A stretch of 64,000 nt of DNA, from contig NC_042998.1 of the NCBI RefSeq assembly GCF_006345805.1, positions 68,200,001 through 68,264,000 of the forward strand, in the 5' to 3' direction. The notes under the pieces were generated by a model that was not told the origin of the DNA, did no database searches, and was given only the letters and a program-made list of their open reading frames with translations. The translations under genes were made by a program, and so were the position numbers. Of the stretch, positions 12,283 to 26,123 are shown piece by piece. Each line of letters begins with the position of its first letter. Positions within the stretch are counted from its first letter, which is position 1. The DNA is from Octopus sinensis (Eukaryota).

Positions 12283-14393
12283 TATTATTATTATTATTAT
12301 TATTATCATTATTATTATCATCATCATTATTATTATTATTACTGCTGCTGCTGCAACGTATTACTGAATGAAAACCTGACCATGTCCTTTGAAATTCTAG
12401 GATTGTTATTTTTGTTATTGGCACTAGTGTTGTTAGTTTTTAGCTCCCAGTCAGCTTTGAACCAGCTGACCTATGATCAAAGACATCCCAGTCATGACCA
12501 TTCCTCTGTGCAATGCGCTTTCAGACACTGACACCGAAATTACATTGTCTAATGTCTTCGCTTTTCTTCCTGAAGAGGAGGCGGCTCGAGTCAAAAATTC
12601 AGCTGTTATTTCTAGCAAATTGAATCTTAACGTAAGGGGCACCAACGAAAAAGTTACCAATTATTCGAAGGAGGTGGATAAAATTTGACGTTGAGTAGGT
12701 TTATTTAGTCAACCAAACTCCTTCTAGTTATGTACGCGATCCTGTGCCAAAGTTTAAAATCCTAACCGAATTATTTGAAAATTGGACAAAATACTCTATG
12801 GTATATCTGTAGATTTTAGTTGTCATTGCATTAATAATTCAAATAGAGTCATAAGATACAAGAACAACACCAAATGTCTGCTCTGTTTAATAACTTCACC
12901 GCAAACAGGAAAAGAGATGTCAACGGGATGATGCTATTTCAAGTATCATTATACTTACGACGGCAGTTGCTTCCCTACATGAACTGCCACTGTGAAATTG
13001 TATTTAAATTCTTTTATTACGCTTGCAACTAAATCAGATACACTGATTTGAATATTTGACGTGATTTTCATTGTTAATTTTGTTACGAAACATTGCTGAT
13101 GTACCAAAAGTATTTATTTTTCATACTAAACTTTACTACGGAGTGTGCTCAAACATTTTAGCAATTGCGGCAGTATACCAAAATATTTCCTTATTTTCCT
13201 CGAGCAAGCGATCTACCTGTGCAAATAGGTCGACGTGTTGATTGAATTTTATATAAAGCTATTGCTTTATATGTTTGTTCAGAGTTACCTCTCTTAGGTA
13301 AATCCCATTGACAAGAGTCAATAAACTCGAAATATCGATGTCTGAGATTCACACCTTTTACCATTACAGAGATATTTTCTCCAAGGTAACTGCAGTATAT
13401 TCGTCTTTTAGCTGTTGAAATATGTCACTGACATATTTCTGCTGACCTAAATTTTGCTCATGCCCAAACATTGGTTAGCAGTAGCATTTCGTTACTAACA
13501 TTTCCAAGTAAATAAACTCATACGACAATCTCAAACATCTTTCATGCTTATACAACCTCACCGTTGGCAAGAAAAGATGGATCACCTGTACAGCAGCTTA
13601 CAGTACTGCTCTTTAACATCGTCTCCCAAATTTGATAAAACTATGGGTCAAATACTTAATTACTTAACAAACAACACAGTGTGGCTTTGGAATAAATGAA
13701 TAGGCAAGATCCTGTTTTTATGTATTCCTGGAAATTAGACTCACGTCACCCTTTTCAATAATTTGTAATTAGAATCGATAAGATCAATTACTCATTTTTT
13801 GCAGCTCACCAAGATATGTTTACATCGCTCCTCACACGATGCCGAAATAAAATAACGCAAGACTGGACTTACTCTTTGACATTTTTTGCTAGTTCCATCC
13901 AAGGAGCGTGAGGCTCTCACGACCATCGGTAATGAATGATGGCGATGGTAGCAACAGCGGCAGGAGAGAGTATCAGCGATGATGGCAGTAACATTCGGAA
14001 ACTCACCAGCTGAGTACATAGAGACGTTAAATATGTATGTGTCCATATCGAAATTCGAAAAATGAGAAGTGCAACGACAACGGCCTTCTGTCACAATCCC
14101 GCCCGTTCTCCAAGATCTTTATTTAATGAAATTAACTACAATCTCACTCCTAAACAATTGTGTAGAATACTCAATAATCATCATGAATATTGTTTTTGCA
14201 AATTTGAAGTGAATAAGTTCCGAGTATGTGATGATCGCGGTGTTGTTGCTGACATTGTTGTTGACGATGAAGATCATGATGATGATGATGATGATGATGA
14301 TGACGACGACGAGGAGGAGGTGGAGGGAAGGAGGCAGAGGAAGAGAAGGAGGGGTAGCATCATCATCATCAGCAGCAGCAGGGGTAGTGTGAG

Positions 14394-14541
14394 AAGTTTC
14401 CGTCTAACAAACCCACTGGCCACTTTTGTCAGCCCGGGGCTATAGTAGAAGACATTTGCCCGAGGTGCGACGCCGTGGGTGTGAACCCGGAGCCATGCGA
14501 TTGAGAAGCAAGCTTCTTACCACACAGCCACGCCTGCGCCT
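14394..14541 (-). mobile_element. SINE family B, 5' half
   Basis: rc of ggcgcaggcgtggctgtgtggtaagaagcttgctt...ggcaaatgtcttctactatagc. Confidence 0.85.
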
Positions 14542-15186
14542 ATAATATTGCAGTTTGTTTGTTTGTTTGTTTTTTGTTCTCTTCTAAATTTAGAGTAATT
14601 CCAAATACACTTTCTTCTATGATATGAACTCAGGATCATGATCTTACAGGAGAGAGAACAGGCTCATTACTTAACAGGTAGGTATATAGTCGACCGTGGG
14701 ACGCTAGTAGAATAACTCAAGTCTTGGGCTGAATTTAAATTCAGTATATTAACTTGTCCAGCTTTCTATCTCACCCTTAATCGATACAGATATAAAATTG
14801 TGTTAAGTTACATTTGACTTTTACATTTTTAATAATTATCAACCCAGGGATGTTGGACAATATCGGTCACTGGTAAAGAATGAATGCAACATCAGCAACA
14901 GATGGATGGTCAGTAATGTGTGGAGAGATGATAAAGCAGAGGCATCGGCAGTTCCTTACTTTTACCGTCATAACACCGCTTCTCTTAATAATTCATCTTC
15001 TTTCTAAAATAGGAAGATGACCACATTTTTGTGCGAGTGGGCTTAGTGGATATATCTAGTCCAGAATGGGACAAGAAATCCATTTTATTAATCCCAGAAT
15101 GATGAAGAGTCACAGTCAGCCTCATAAGGATGTGAACACAAAGCGTAGAGAGGTATAAATAAATACAGCTGAATATTTTATATAGA

Positions 15187-15583
15187 AAGGCGGCGAGCTG
15201 GCAGAGACGTTAGCACGCCGGGCGAAATGCGTTGCCGTATTTCGGCTGCCGTTACGCTCTGAGTTCAAATTCCGCCGAGGTCGACTTTGCCTTTCATCCT
15301 TTCGGGGTCGATTAAATAAGTACCAGTTATGCACTGGGGTCTATATAATCGACTTAATCAGTTTGTCTGTCCTTGTTTGTCCTCTTTGTGTTTAGCCCCT
15401 TGTGTGTAGTAAAGAAATAGGCATTTCATCTGCCGCTACGTTCTGGGTTCAAATTCCGCGGAGGTCGACTTTGCCGTTCATTCCTTCGGGGTCGATAAAT
15501 TAAGTATTAGTTGCGTACTGGGGTTAATCTAATCGACTGGTCCCTTCCCCAAATATTTCGGACCGTGTGCCTAGAGTAGAAAA
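15187..15583 (+). mobile_element. Dimeric SINE A with 16-bp TSD
   Basis: Full monomer with tail ttgtttgtcctctttgtgtttagccccttgtgtgtagtaaagaaata, then a headless monomer; gaatattttatataga at 15171-15186 and 15584-15599. Confidence 0.9.
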
Positions 15584-15619
15584 GAATATTTTATATAGAG
15601 TGTACAAGTGTACCATGTC

Positions 15620-15830
15620 AGTCGGCATGACAAATTTGCGAAGTACAAAGACTCAGAAATTGAGATAAGTAGAATACGACCATTGGAAACTCAAATAAAC
15701 CCAGCTGCAGCTGGTACACTTGGAGTCATAAAGAAGCGGGTAAATGAGTTTCTTTGGGAAAATCCCTGTAAACTCAACAGTTATTAAGTTTTTAAAAAAT
15801 CATTCTCAGTAGCACGACTCACATACGACG
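15620..15830 (+). mobile_element. R4/Dong-type RLE fragment
   Basis: KFAKYKDSEIEISRI...AGTLGVIKK-like translation. Confidence 0.65.
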
Positions 15831-15913
15831 TAATTTCTTTTTGTTCTTGTAACACCAAACAATTAATACTGAATTCTCTTCTTTTATGAATCGTTTTGTA
15901 CTTTATTACTATT

Positions 15914-16291
15914 GGAGGTGCAATGGCCCAGCGGTTAGGGCAGCGGTCTAGCGGTCGTAGGATCGCGGTTTCGATTCCCAGACCGAGCGTTCTGAGTGTT
16001 TATTGAGCGATAACACCTAAATCTCCACGAGACTCCGGCAGGGGGTCGTGGCGAACCCTGCTGTATTCTTTCACCACAACTTTCTCTCACTCTTTCTTCC
16101 TGTTTCTGTTGTACCTGTATTTCAAAGGGCCGACCATGTCACACTTTGTGTCATACGGAATCTCCCTGAGAACTACGTTAAGGGTACACGTGTCTGTGGG
16201 GTATTCAACCACTTGCACGTTAATTTCACGAGCAAGCTGTTCCGTTGATCGGATCAACTGGAACCCTCGTCGTCGCAAACGACGGAGTGCC
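15914..16291 (+). mobile_element. SINE family D (tRNA-derived head)
   Basis: ggaggtgcaatggcccagcggttagggc...tttcgattccc; tail ggatcaactggaaccctcgtcgtc; colinear with 46532-46896. Confidence 0.9.
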
Positions 16292-16359
16292 ATGTATACC
16301 AAACAATTAGCACTGAATTCTCTTCTTTTATGAATCCTTCTTTTATACTTTTATCTTTG

Positions 16360-16535
16360 CTAAGACAGTGAACTAGCAGTATAATTAGCACGCCGGACAA
16401 AATGCTTAGCAACATTTTATCCGACTTTACGCCTCTATTTTCAAATTCCGCCGAAGTCGGCTTTGTCTTTCATCCTTTCGGAGTCGATGTATTCGACTTA
16501 ACTCCTCCTCCTTCTCCAGTAGAAAGGATTGTTTA
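16360..16535 (+). mobile_element. SINE family A, diverged
   Basis: tagcacgccggacaaaatgcttagc, ttcaaattccgccgaagtcggctttg. Confidence 0.8.
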
Positions 16536-16585
16536 ATTCTTTGTTTCTAAATACTGTGTCTAATTTAATACATTTTTATAGGCAC

Positions 16586-16972
16586 ACTAGCAGTATCGCC
16601 CGGCGTTGCTCAGGTTTGTAAGGGAAATAACTATAAAGCATTTTTAGAGAGTTATAGCCAAAAAATAGCAAAAAAATGGAAAAAAATGATGGTAAATTTT
16701 TTTTTGAGAGTTAAAAAAGGATGGAGTTGCGTCCCCTAGACAGTTTGTGGTTCGTGTTTCTGATTCTCGACCCCATGTCGAATTTATCGATTTTTTTCAG
16801 AACTGGGGAAACTTTTCAAAATTTTGGCTGCGTTAGTTTTGAATTATGACATTGGGCTATGTGTGTGTCAAGTTTCATCAGAATCGGTTGAAAGCCGTGG
16901 TCAGGGTGAGGGTACAAGCAAACAGACACACAGAAACACGCACAGACAAACTGCCGTTTATATATAGAGAGA
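16586..16972 (+). mobile_element. Non-autonomous Helitron-like element (Lep1/HINE-type architecture)
   Basis: Starts actagcagtatcgcccggcgttgctc; 3' part aagtttcatcagaatcgg, (ACAG)-like tract, tttatatatagag; resemblance recalled, not aligned. Confidence 0.6.
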
Positions 16973-17299
16973 TTATACTATGAAATGTCACCGTTATATG
17001 ACAAGACCTACTGCAGGTATATAGTTGACATGGCAGAGATTGTTAAACGAAGAGATAACAAAGGAAAATTAATAGTAAATGTAAAGAGATGCGTCCTGGA
17101 ATGGTGAACAAAAGGACAAGAGAGTTCTATCAAATTTATATCATTTTTTTTTCTTTTTGTTTTAACCAGTTACAAAGAAGCTGATATCTTTTTAGTCTCG
17201 GAAGGAATACAAGAAAGTCCAACTGATATTTCATATTTCAGCATTTCCGCGTATTTTTCATTTTTTTTTTTTTGTCTTATTTTGAACCTGAGTTTTATT

Positions 17300-17752
<453 letters not shown>

Positions 17753-17754
17753 TA

Positions 17755-17794
<40 letters not shown>

Positions 17795-18336
17795 TACCAG
17801 GCAGTGGATCTCATAGCTGCTGATCTTAACTGAATGGAAGTGTTATTATGTATATTGCTTTGTTTTGGCATAAAAGATGGGCTACATCTAATATTCTGCT
17901 CAATACCACAGATTTGCTTGTCAGTTGTTTAACCGTAACCAGTTGACCATGACTCTTAGGGGCTGATGGTATGTGCATTTCTGATCATGAACAGAAGTAG
18001 TTGGGGAGCATCATAGCCGTGTGTTGAAAGGAATTTTTGGAGGTTTCGATAATTCGCCTTTGGAAACATGGATGGTTCGGTCAACTTCCTTAAACAATCC
18101 TTATTCAGGGACCTTTGAGCGGGATGGGCTACTCGACCAGAAGAAAATTCTAACTGGGCCCCACCTGCAAGCTCAAGTGCTGTTTATCTTGATATGAGAT
18201 CACCATGTCGCACATATATGGTTGTGATGCATGTACCTAGTGTACCCTTATCAGACGGTTAGTCATGATGGGTATACTGGGCTTTGTATATTTTACCCCA
18301 GTGTCACTTTGATGGCATGCACTGTTCTCTCACTCA
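17795..18336 (+). mobile_element. ~550-bp TAA-embedded element, copy 2
   Basis: taccaggcagtgg...ctctcactc, (TAA)n on both sides. Confidence 0.9.
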
Positions 18337-18346
18337 ATAATAATAA

Positions 18347-18377
<31 letters not shown>

Positions 18378-18470
18378 AAGAAGAAGAAGAGAAGAAGAAG
18401 AAGAAGAAGAAGAAGAAGAAGAAGAAGAGAAGAAGAAGAAGAAGAAGAAGAAGAAGAAGAAGAAGAAGAA

Positions 18471-18536
<66 letters not shown>

Positions 18537-18575
18537 TAATAATAATAATAATATAATAATAATAATAATAATAAT
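18337..18575. repeat. Compound (AAT)n(AAG)n(AAT)n
   Basis: Direct reading. Confidence 0.95.
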
Positions 18576-18579
18576 AGCC

Positions 18580-19412
18580 AAGAAGGGAGGCGAAAATAGA
18601 TAAATGCAAACTTCTTAAGTACGAAATAGCCCGGCTATGGAAAATGAAGAAGGCGAAGATAGTGCCAATTATTGTTGGGTCCTTGGGAACAGTATTAGAA
18701 GACATCAAGAGGAATATAAAGGAAAACAAGGACATCGTATGAAACCAAAGATTTACTAACAAAGGATTGGACTGTACCCGAGTAAGTAATGCTCATTAAA
18801 ATTTATTACTATTTTCGAAACGAAATGATGTATTTTGATTCGATATCATCTCCACCTCTAACACAACACATGTAAACATGCGTGGAACATTACGATCAAT
18901 CAACACCAGATCATCCCCGACCCCAAACACCATATACAAAGGAACTACGAAGAAATTAAATTCCACCGATATTATTCAACCCAAGAATAACAATCGGGAG
19001 GTACGTACCTTAAACTTACAACAGAAAATGTACGAAAAACTACACGTGCAAAACAATGTGACAACAGAAATGAACGGACCGGTACCCTACGAAAGTGACG
19101 ACCGTCAAAATAATGGGCCGGACGTTATTCCTCATGTCCCGCAGATAAAACCCAAAAGACATAAATGGACACGTGAGGAATACATTTCTATCCTACACGC
19201 ATACTTCACAGCAGTGCTCTACCCCAAAAATGTACAAACACATATAACATACAGAAAATTGCACTACTAGGCACTGCACACATCCTACGCAGAACACTTT
19301 CCATACAATAACCATCAGAGCATCACAACAAATCACAGCACATACCTAAGGCACACAGAGCTGCGCTCGGTAGTGAAGTGAAAGCATGCTATAAAAATAA
19401 AACTACTGAATG

Positions 19413-19415
<3 letters not shown>
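18580..19415 (+). mobile_element. R4/Dong-type pieces: RLE fragment, ORF N-terminus and a 3' end
   Basis: LLKYEIARLWKMKKAKIVPIIVGSLGT; ORF 18878-19270 KRHKWTREEYISILHAYF; 3' end gcgctcggtagtgaagtgaaagc...aaaactactgaatga. Confidence 0.7.
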
Positions 19416-19487
<72 letters not shown>

Positions 19488-19531
19488 TTAATAACAACAA
19501 TAATAACAACAACAACAACAACAACAACAAC

Positions 19532-19593
<62 letters not shown>

Positions 19594-20598
19594 GATAATA
19601 ATAATGACAATTTGTGTTTTCGAATTATTGTTTTGTTGGCGAGAGTGATCTATCGATTGTATCGAACCAGAGATTTATTGATAGTTTTTTTATTTGCCTA
19701 ACCTGGAAAGATGAAAAGGTAAAGTTGACCTACGTATATCATAAGCCGTCCTTCATTAGCTTTTTATTGTTGCTTTCCGGCGTTGTAAAGTATTTGTTAA
19801 TCCACGACAGCGATCATTACAATGACGGTGGTTATAAAACGTGCAAACGGTGCTGGTGGTGGTGATGGAGAGGAAGATGGTTATGACGACGAAGATAGGC
19901 AGGCCATACAAACGAACACAACGATGAATAATGAATGATGGTCATCGTCACCATCACGGTTATCATTATAATTATGATGACGGGGATGAGAGCGGATGTG
20001 CAGAGGTGAAGAGGTAGAAGGAAGAGGTAGTTAAATAATGGTGATGCCAATAACATTAGAGACAGCTGTAGTGACGAAGATAGTAATGACCATTAAATCT
20101 GTTGACCACAGTGATGAAGAGATTACATTAAATCAATAACAAAGATGGCTACTCTTTCTTTTCGTAAGCTGTTTCTTGCCAGTTTCTTTGTATTTTTTTA
20201 TTTCGTCGAAATAAAATTCGGTTTGTGTCTCCAACTTAGACACTACAAATTTTAACGATGAAGGATTTAACTTGTCTCTTCGAAGTAGGTTTTACAAGTA
20301 GGTTAACAATATATACTACATAAATATCATATGTGTACATAAAAATTTGATTATCAAATTTAATACACGTTTCTGTTTATGTATCACCAACAAAATTAGA
20401 TTACCTACACTGCGCAGGTGACTAAGAATGCCAGGGGCTGTTCCGCATGTGTGAATATAGATGTATATTGTGAGTCTGCGTTTGTCTGCGCGTGTATTTG
20501 TGAGTGCGTTCCTATATGTCCATGGGTTTGCTTCTCTAACACATTTGTGTGTATGCGTGTGTATAATATATATATACACGTGTATATATATATATTAT

Positions 20599-20652
<54 letters not shown>

Positions 20653-21211
20653 ATATAGATAGAAGGGGCAGGCAACAGGTTGCTTAGCCGCATACCGAAA
20701 AAATTAGAAATAGCAGTCGGAGACTGTTTATTTCTATTTTCTACATATGGGACTCCACATGTGACATATCCCTGCAATTCACATATGCAAAACAGAAGGA
20801 ATAAAAAACGAAAACAAAGCCTAACAGTTATTTGCGAACATGTTTCTAGATTAAAAATATGAAAATATATTTCATGTCTTTCATCGGCGCAACCTTCCAT
20901 AGATTTATCAAATGCTACGTACCTCCACCTCTGATCAGGCGACATCAAAATAGTGGAAGAAAGCGAGCATAGGCTAAACCTATATAGACAATTGAATCCG
21001 TAAATTTTCCCTCCCAAAATTTTACCATGCGCATTACAAAGATAGTTCCTTAGGGGTGGAAACTATGGGTTGTCGTAAGGGAGTGAAAATTCCAATTAGT
21101 AATATAATAATAAGAGTAAATAATTTCTTCGATGGTTTTTCAAAAACCAACAATTATTACTGGTAGATTTCGGCATGTAAATATAACCATATATATAATA
21201 TATATATATAA

Positions 21212-21242
<31 letters not shown>

Positions 21243-21245
21243 GTA

Positions 21246-21349
<104 letters not shown>

Positions 21350-21635
21350 TATATGTATGTATGTATATAAGCATGTATGTATATGTATATATATATTATG
21401 TATGTATGTATGTACGTGTGTGTGCGCGTGAGTGTTCTCTTTCTCTTTTTAATTTAGAGTGAATTTTGACCGGCCATCTTCCTGGTAGCAAGGTTGTGAA
21501 GGAAAGCATTTTGTTTTGTTCATTATCTTTTAAATCTTAAGGTCTTGCGGATTTTTAGTGTCCCAGATATCGTGACATCCTTTTTAAGTATTATTAACAT
21601 AAAGTGACGATATTGAAAAGAACGAGGTAGGACCT

Positions 21636-21851
21636 ACTCTTTTTACTTGTTTCAGTCATTTGACTGTGACTATGCTAGAGCACCACCTTTAGTCGAGCAA
21701 ATCGAACCCAGTTCTTATTCTATCGTTCTCTTTTGCCCGACCGCTAAGTTACGGGAACGTAAACACACGAGCATCGGTTGTCAAGCGATGTTGGGAGGAC
21801 AAACACAGACACAAACATATACACACACACAAACACACACACACACACACG

Positions 21852-21932
<81 letters not shown>

Positions 21933-22118
21933 ATATAATATATATATATATATACGACGGCCTTCTTTCAGTTTCCGTCTACTAAATCCACTCACAAGGT
22001 TTTGATCGGCCCGAGGCTATAGCAGAAGACACTTGCTCAAGGTGCCACGCAGTGGGACTGAACCCGAAACCATGTGGTTCGTAAGCAAGCTACTTACCGC
22101 ACAGCCACTCCTACGCCT
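21636..22118 (-). mobile_element. SINE family B, full length with internal microsatellite
   Basis: rc of aggcgtaggagtggctgtgcggtaagtagcttgcttac...gggttcagtccc, CORE-like gcaccttgagcaagtgtcttc, tail tgactgaaacaagtaaaaaga. Confidence 0.95.
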
Positions 22119-22274
22119 CTTAGAGAGAAAACATTTAATAATTGCTACATCTTGATGCCTTCTGGTCAGGCACTGAGAAAACTCCAGAATATTGTTCCAA
22201 TTCTACTGGGAACTAAAAATCCATGGATCGAATGATGTAACACCATGAACGATGCAACACTATATTTCAATGTA

Positions 22275-22356
<82 letters not shown>

Positions 22357-22681
22357 ATATGACTGCATATGACTGCATATGACTGCATATGTAAAAATTG
22401 CGGGTACGGTTGAGCATACCTTCTTTTATAGACGCAAAAAGTTCGACAATTTTTTTTCTGTTTCTATGACATTATACAAGAGGCAGAACTCTCTTTTTTT
22501 TGCCTTGTACATCATACCATACCATCGAATGTAATTTTAACCTCTGCAAGCCAACGAAACACTCATCAGTTATTCATTGTACCCGCTTCTTGTCCCTATG
22601 GTCTTTACTACACTTCGCAACTGGTGGGAGTTGTGTCTTGAGGAGAGACACAATGCATCCACCAGTCGATAAAAAGGTTAG

Positions 22682-22718
<37 letters not shown>

Positions 22719-22883
22719 GCTGCTGTTGTTGTGTTGTTGTGTTGTTGTTGCTGCTGTTGCTGTTTAACCCAAAGTCAATCCGGATTAAGCAGGGTGATAA
22801 TCAAAGGCATTCAAATCTGACCATTCTATTTTTATCGAGGGCTTTATTTATCACTTTCATTTTTGCAGATAATAGGATATGAC

Positions 22884-23030
22884 CATTATTTACATTATTT
22901 ACATTTGACGGATATTTGTCCTCATTTTGTTTGTTGTTAACACAACGTTTCGGCTGATATACCCTCCAGCCTTCATCAGGTATCTTGGGGAAATTTTGAA
23001 CCTGGGTTCTCATTATTAAGGTATTTTTTT
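22884..23030 (-). mobile_element. Short Penelope-like element P1
   Basis: Inverted partner of 23126-23319; carries a hammerhead. Confidence 0.8.
22939..22984 (-). ncRNA. Minimal type-I hammerhead ribozyme
   Basis: GATAC CTGATGA A GGCTG gagggtatat CAGCC GAAACGTT GTGTT: full core, 5-bp stem II, palindromic ACGT stem III. Confidence 0.75.
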
Positions 23031-23050
23031 ATTTTATTATTGTGTTGTTG

Positions 23051-23084
<34 letters not shown>

Positions 23085-23125
23085 GCTGCTGCTGTTGTAG
23101 TTGTTCTTGTTCTTGTTCTTGTTGT

Positions 23126-23319
23126 AACATCGAAAAATACCTTAGGAATGAGACCCCAGGTTCGAAATTTCCCCCAAGACACCTGAAGAAGGCTGGAGGA
23201 TATATCAGTCGAAACGTTGTGTTAACAACAGACAAGATGAGGAAAATATCCGTCAAATGTAAATGATGTAAATAATGTAAATGATGTGAATAATTCCCCA
23301 TCTCTTAAATATAGAACTG
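23126..23319 (+). mobile_element. Short Penelope-like element P1
   Basis: aacatcgaaaaataccttaggaatgag...aaatatagaactg. Confidence 0.8.
23178..23223 (+). ncRNA. Minimal type-I hammerhead ribozyme
   Basis: GACAC CTGAAGA A GGCTG gaggatatat CAGTC GAAACGTT GTGTT. Confidence 0.75.
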
Positions 23320-23721
23320 CAATAGAATATGACATAATGAAAACTTGGCTTACATATCTTGAATGTCGGGCATCAGCTTTGATGTTGAGACCGTTGATTC
23401 GGTGTGCATTAGAAACATATTCCCGTGTATTTTATTTTGTATATATGTGCGTTTATGTGTGTAATTACGTGGGTATATCGTGTGTGTGTGTGTTGACATT
23501 TAAATAGTTTACAGTTTATGTAAAGCACTGGAATTTTCGGAATTGTCTTGCATGTAATTTGAAATAGTATGTTAGTACTTACGGTCTCTATTGTTTTTGT
23601 TCCTGCTGCCGTTGTTGTTACTGTTGTTGTTGTTGCTGTTGTTGTTGTTGTTGTTGTTGTTGTTTCTATTGTTGTTGTTATTGTTGTTGTTGTTTCTATT
23701 GTTGTTGTTGTTGTTGTTGTT

Positions 23722-23985
23722 GGTTTTACTTCTCAGAGCGCTCGGTCTTGTTTGCTCTGGTTAATTCTGTGAGAGCGGACGGCAGCCTGTTGTCAGAGGT
23801 CTCACAAGGTCTCTTTCCGCAAATTATAAGCTTTAATAATTGGTTAATTAAAGACATTCAACACCCAAGTACCAGTCTCAAAATCCTAGCTAGCCCTAGC
23901 AGACCAGTTTTTTTTTTGGGGGGGGGGGCTTGCTCTGTTCTCATGTCAATTCAAATTTCTCTGGCATATTTCTCGAGGTTGGTTG
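23722..23985 (-). mobile_element. R4/Dong-type 3' end
   Basis: rc matches the 17420-17655 3'UTR (cttataatttgcggaaag...gcgctctgagaagtaaaa). Confidence 0.85.
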
Positions 23986-23995
23986 CTGTTGTTGT

Positions 23996-24725
<730 letters not shown>

Positions 24726-24737
24726 TAATGATAATAA

Positions 24738-25015
24738 TATTCAGTAGTTTTATTTTTATAATGTTCTTTCACTTCACTACCGAGCACAGCTATGTGTGCC
24801 TTGGGTATGTGCTGTGGTTTGCTGTGATGCTCTTATGGTTACTGTATTAAAAGCGTTTTGCGTAAGATGTGTGCAATGCCCAGTACCGCAATTTTCTGTA
24901 TGTTATATATATTTGCAAGTCCTGGTGTTTTGTTATGTATTTGCCTGAATATTTTTTATCATACCTTATGCGCCCACTAGGATAGGAATTGTTTCTGTTT
25001 TTAGATTCCACATTC
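24738..25015 (-). mobile_element. R4/Dong-type RLE tail and 3' end
   Basis: VGIRYD...IQKIAVLGIAHILRKTL-like translation; same 3' end as 19360-19415. Confidence 0.8.
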
Positions 25016-25017
25016 GA

Positions 25018-25086
<69 letters not shown>

Positions 25087-25152
25087 TTTTATTATTATTA
25101 TTATTATTATATTATTATTATTATCATTATTATTATTATTATTATATTATTA

Positions 25153-25189
<37 letters not shown>

Positions 25190-25382
25190 AAAAGAGTGCC
25201 ATTGTTATCTAGTGAACGATATTTTGACATCTTGTGTGTCTTCAACTGGTTCAAAAAATAAATTTATCAATCTACTTCATTTTGGTTAATATAGAAAGGA
25301 TTGAGGTAACTCCTCCTGAAAATATAGTGTCAAAATTAAAAGAAGCGTGCCATTGTTATCTAGTGAATGATATTTCGATATC

Positions 25383-25419
<37 letters not shown>

Positions 25420-25423
<4 letters not shown>

Positions 25424-25878
25424 TGGCTCTTGCTTTGTATCTGTACAAATTGAATCCAAGTCTCAACCAGAGACCTCAGGACACAGCAAATTAGAAGTCC
25501 AAGTCAGTATTATGACTAGCGTACCATATCTGTGGTTTTTGACAGTATTATTATTCTCGAGAGTGTCTGTCAAAAGATAAGAAAATTAGAAGTTCTTTTT
25601 AAAAGTAATTTGGTGATAAGATGATAGTGTGATCTTAAGATGACAGTAAAAGGTATTTGCTATTATGTACATTTAAAAGTACTTTTGACAATGTTTACAG
25701 ATTATAATGTTTTTGAGATTACATCGACAATATTTTTCGTATGATATGAGCAGTTCCCATGATCAATGTTTTTTTTTAATTTTTGCCATTTTTGGATTTC
25801 CTGGTATCTGAGAAAGATAGCAATCAGCCCCTTTAGCTATCATTCCTAGAGCACCTATGACAACAGGCATGATTCTAG
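25420..25878 (-). mobile_element. R4/Dong-type RLE tail and 3'UTR
   Basis: IMPVVIGALGMIAKG...GNPK; 3' end homologous to 10328. Confidence 0.8.
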
Positions 25879-25879
25879 T

Positions 25880-26113
25880 CTTCAGGTTCCACATTTGCCA
25901 AATTCAGCCTCACTGTGTACCGATGCTTCATCAGGGACGGCATCTTGAGACCACCACGCAGTGGGTGTTGACAGTAGATGGATTTCTTGATCAGCGGAAC
26001 TTTATCCTCCTTTAAGAAATAGAAAAGTAAGTGCTCCAATCTGGTCCGAAGTTTCTTAGAACAAGGTACGATGGTCGGGCAGCAGTACACCTCTGAGGCT
26101 ATGTATGCATTCG
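25880..26113 (-). mobile_element. Tx1/L1-clade ORF2 fragment
   Basis: EVANAYIAS...IVPC...CQHPLRGGLKMP, homologous to 41352-41537. Confidence 0.8.
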
Positions 26114-26123
26114 CTACTTCCAC

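Noticed and set aside
12473-12688. Protein-like ORFs on both strands with possible splice sites
   Set aside because: The start overlaps a small dispersed repeat, the two strands are equally plausible, and no family is recognised.
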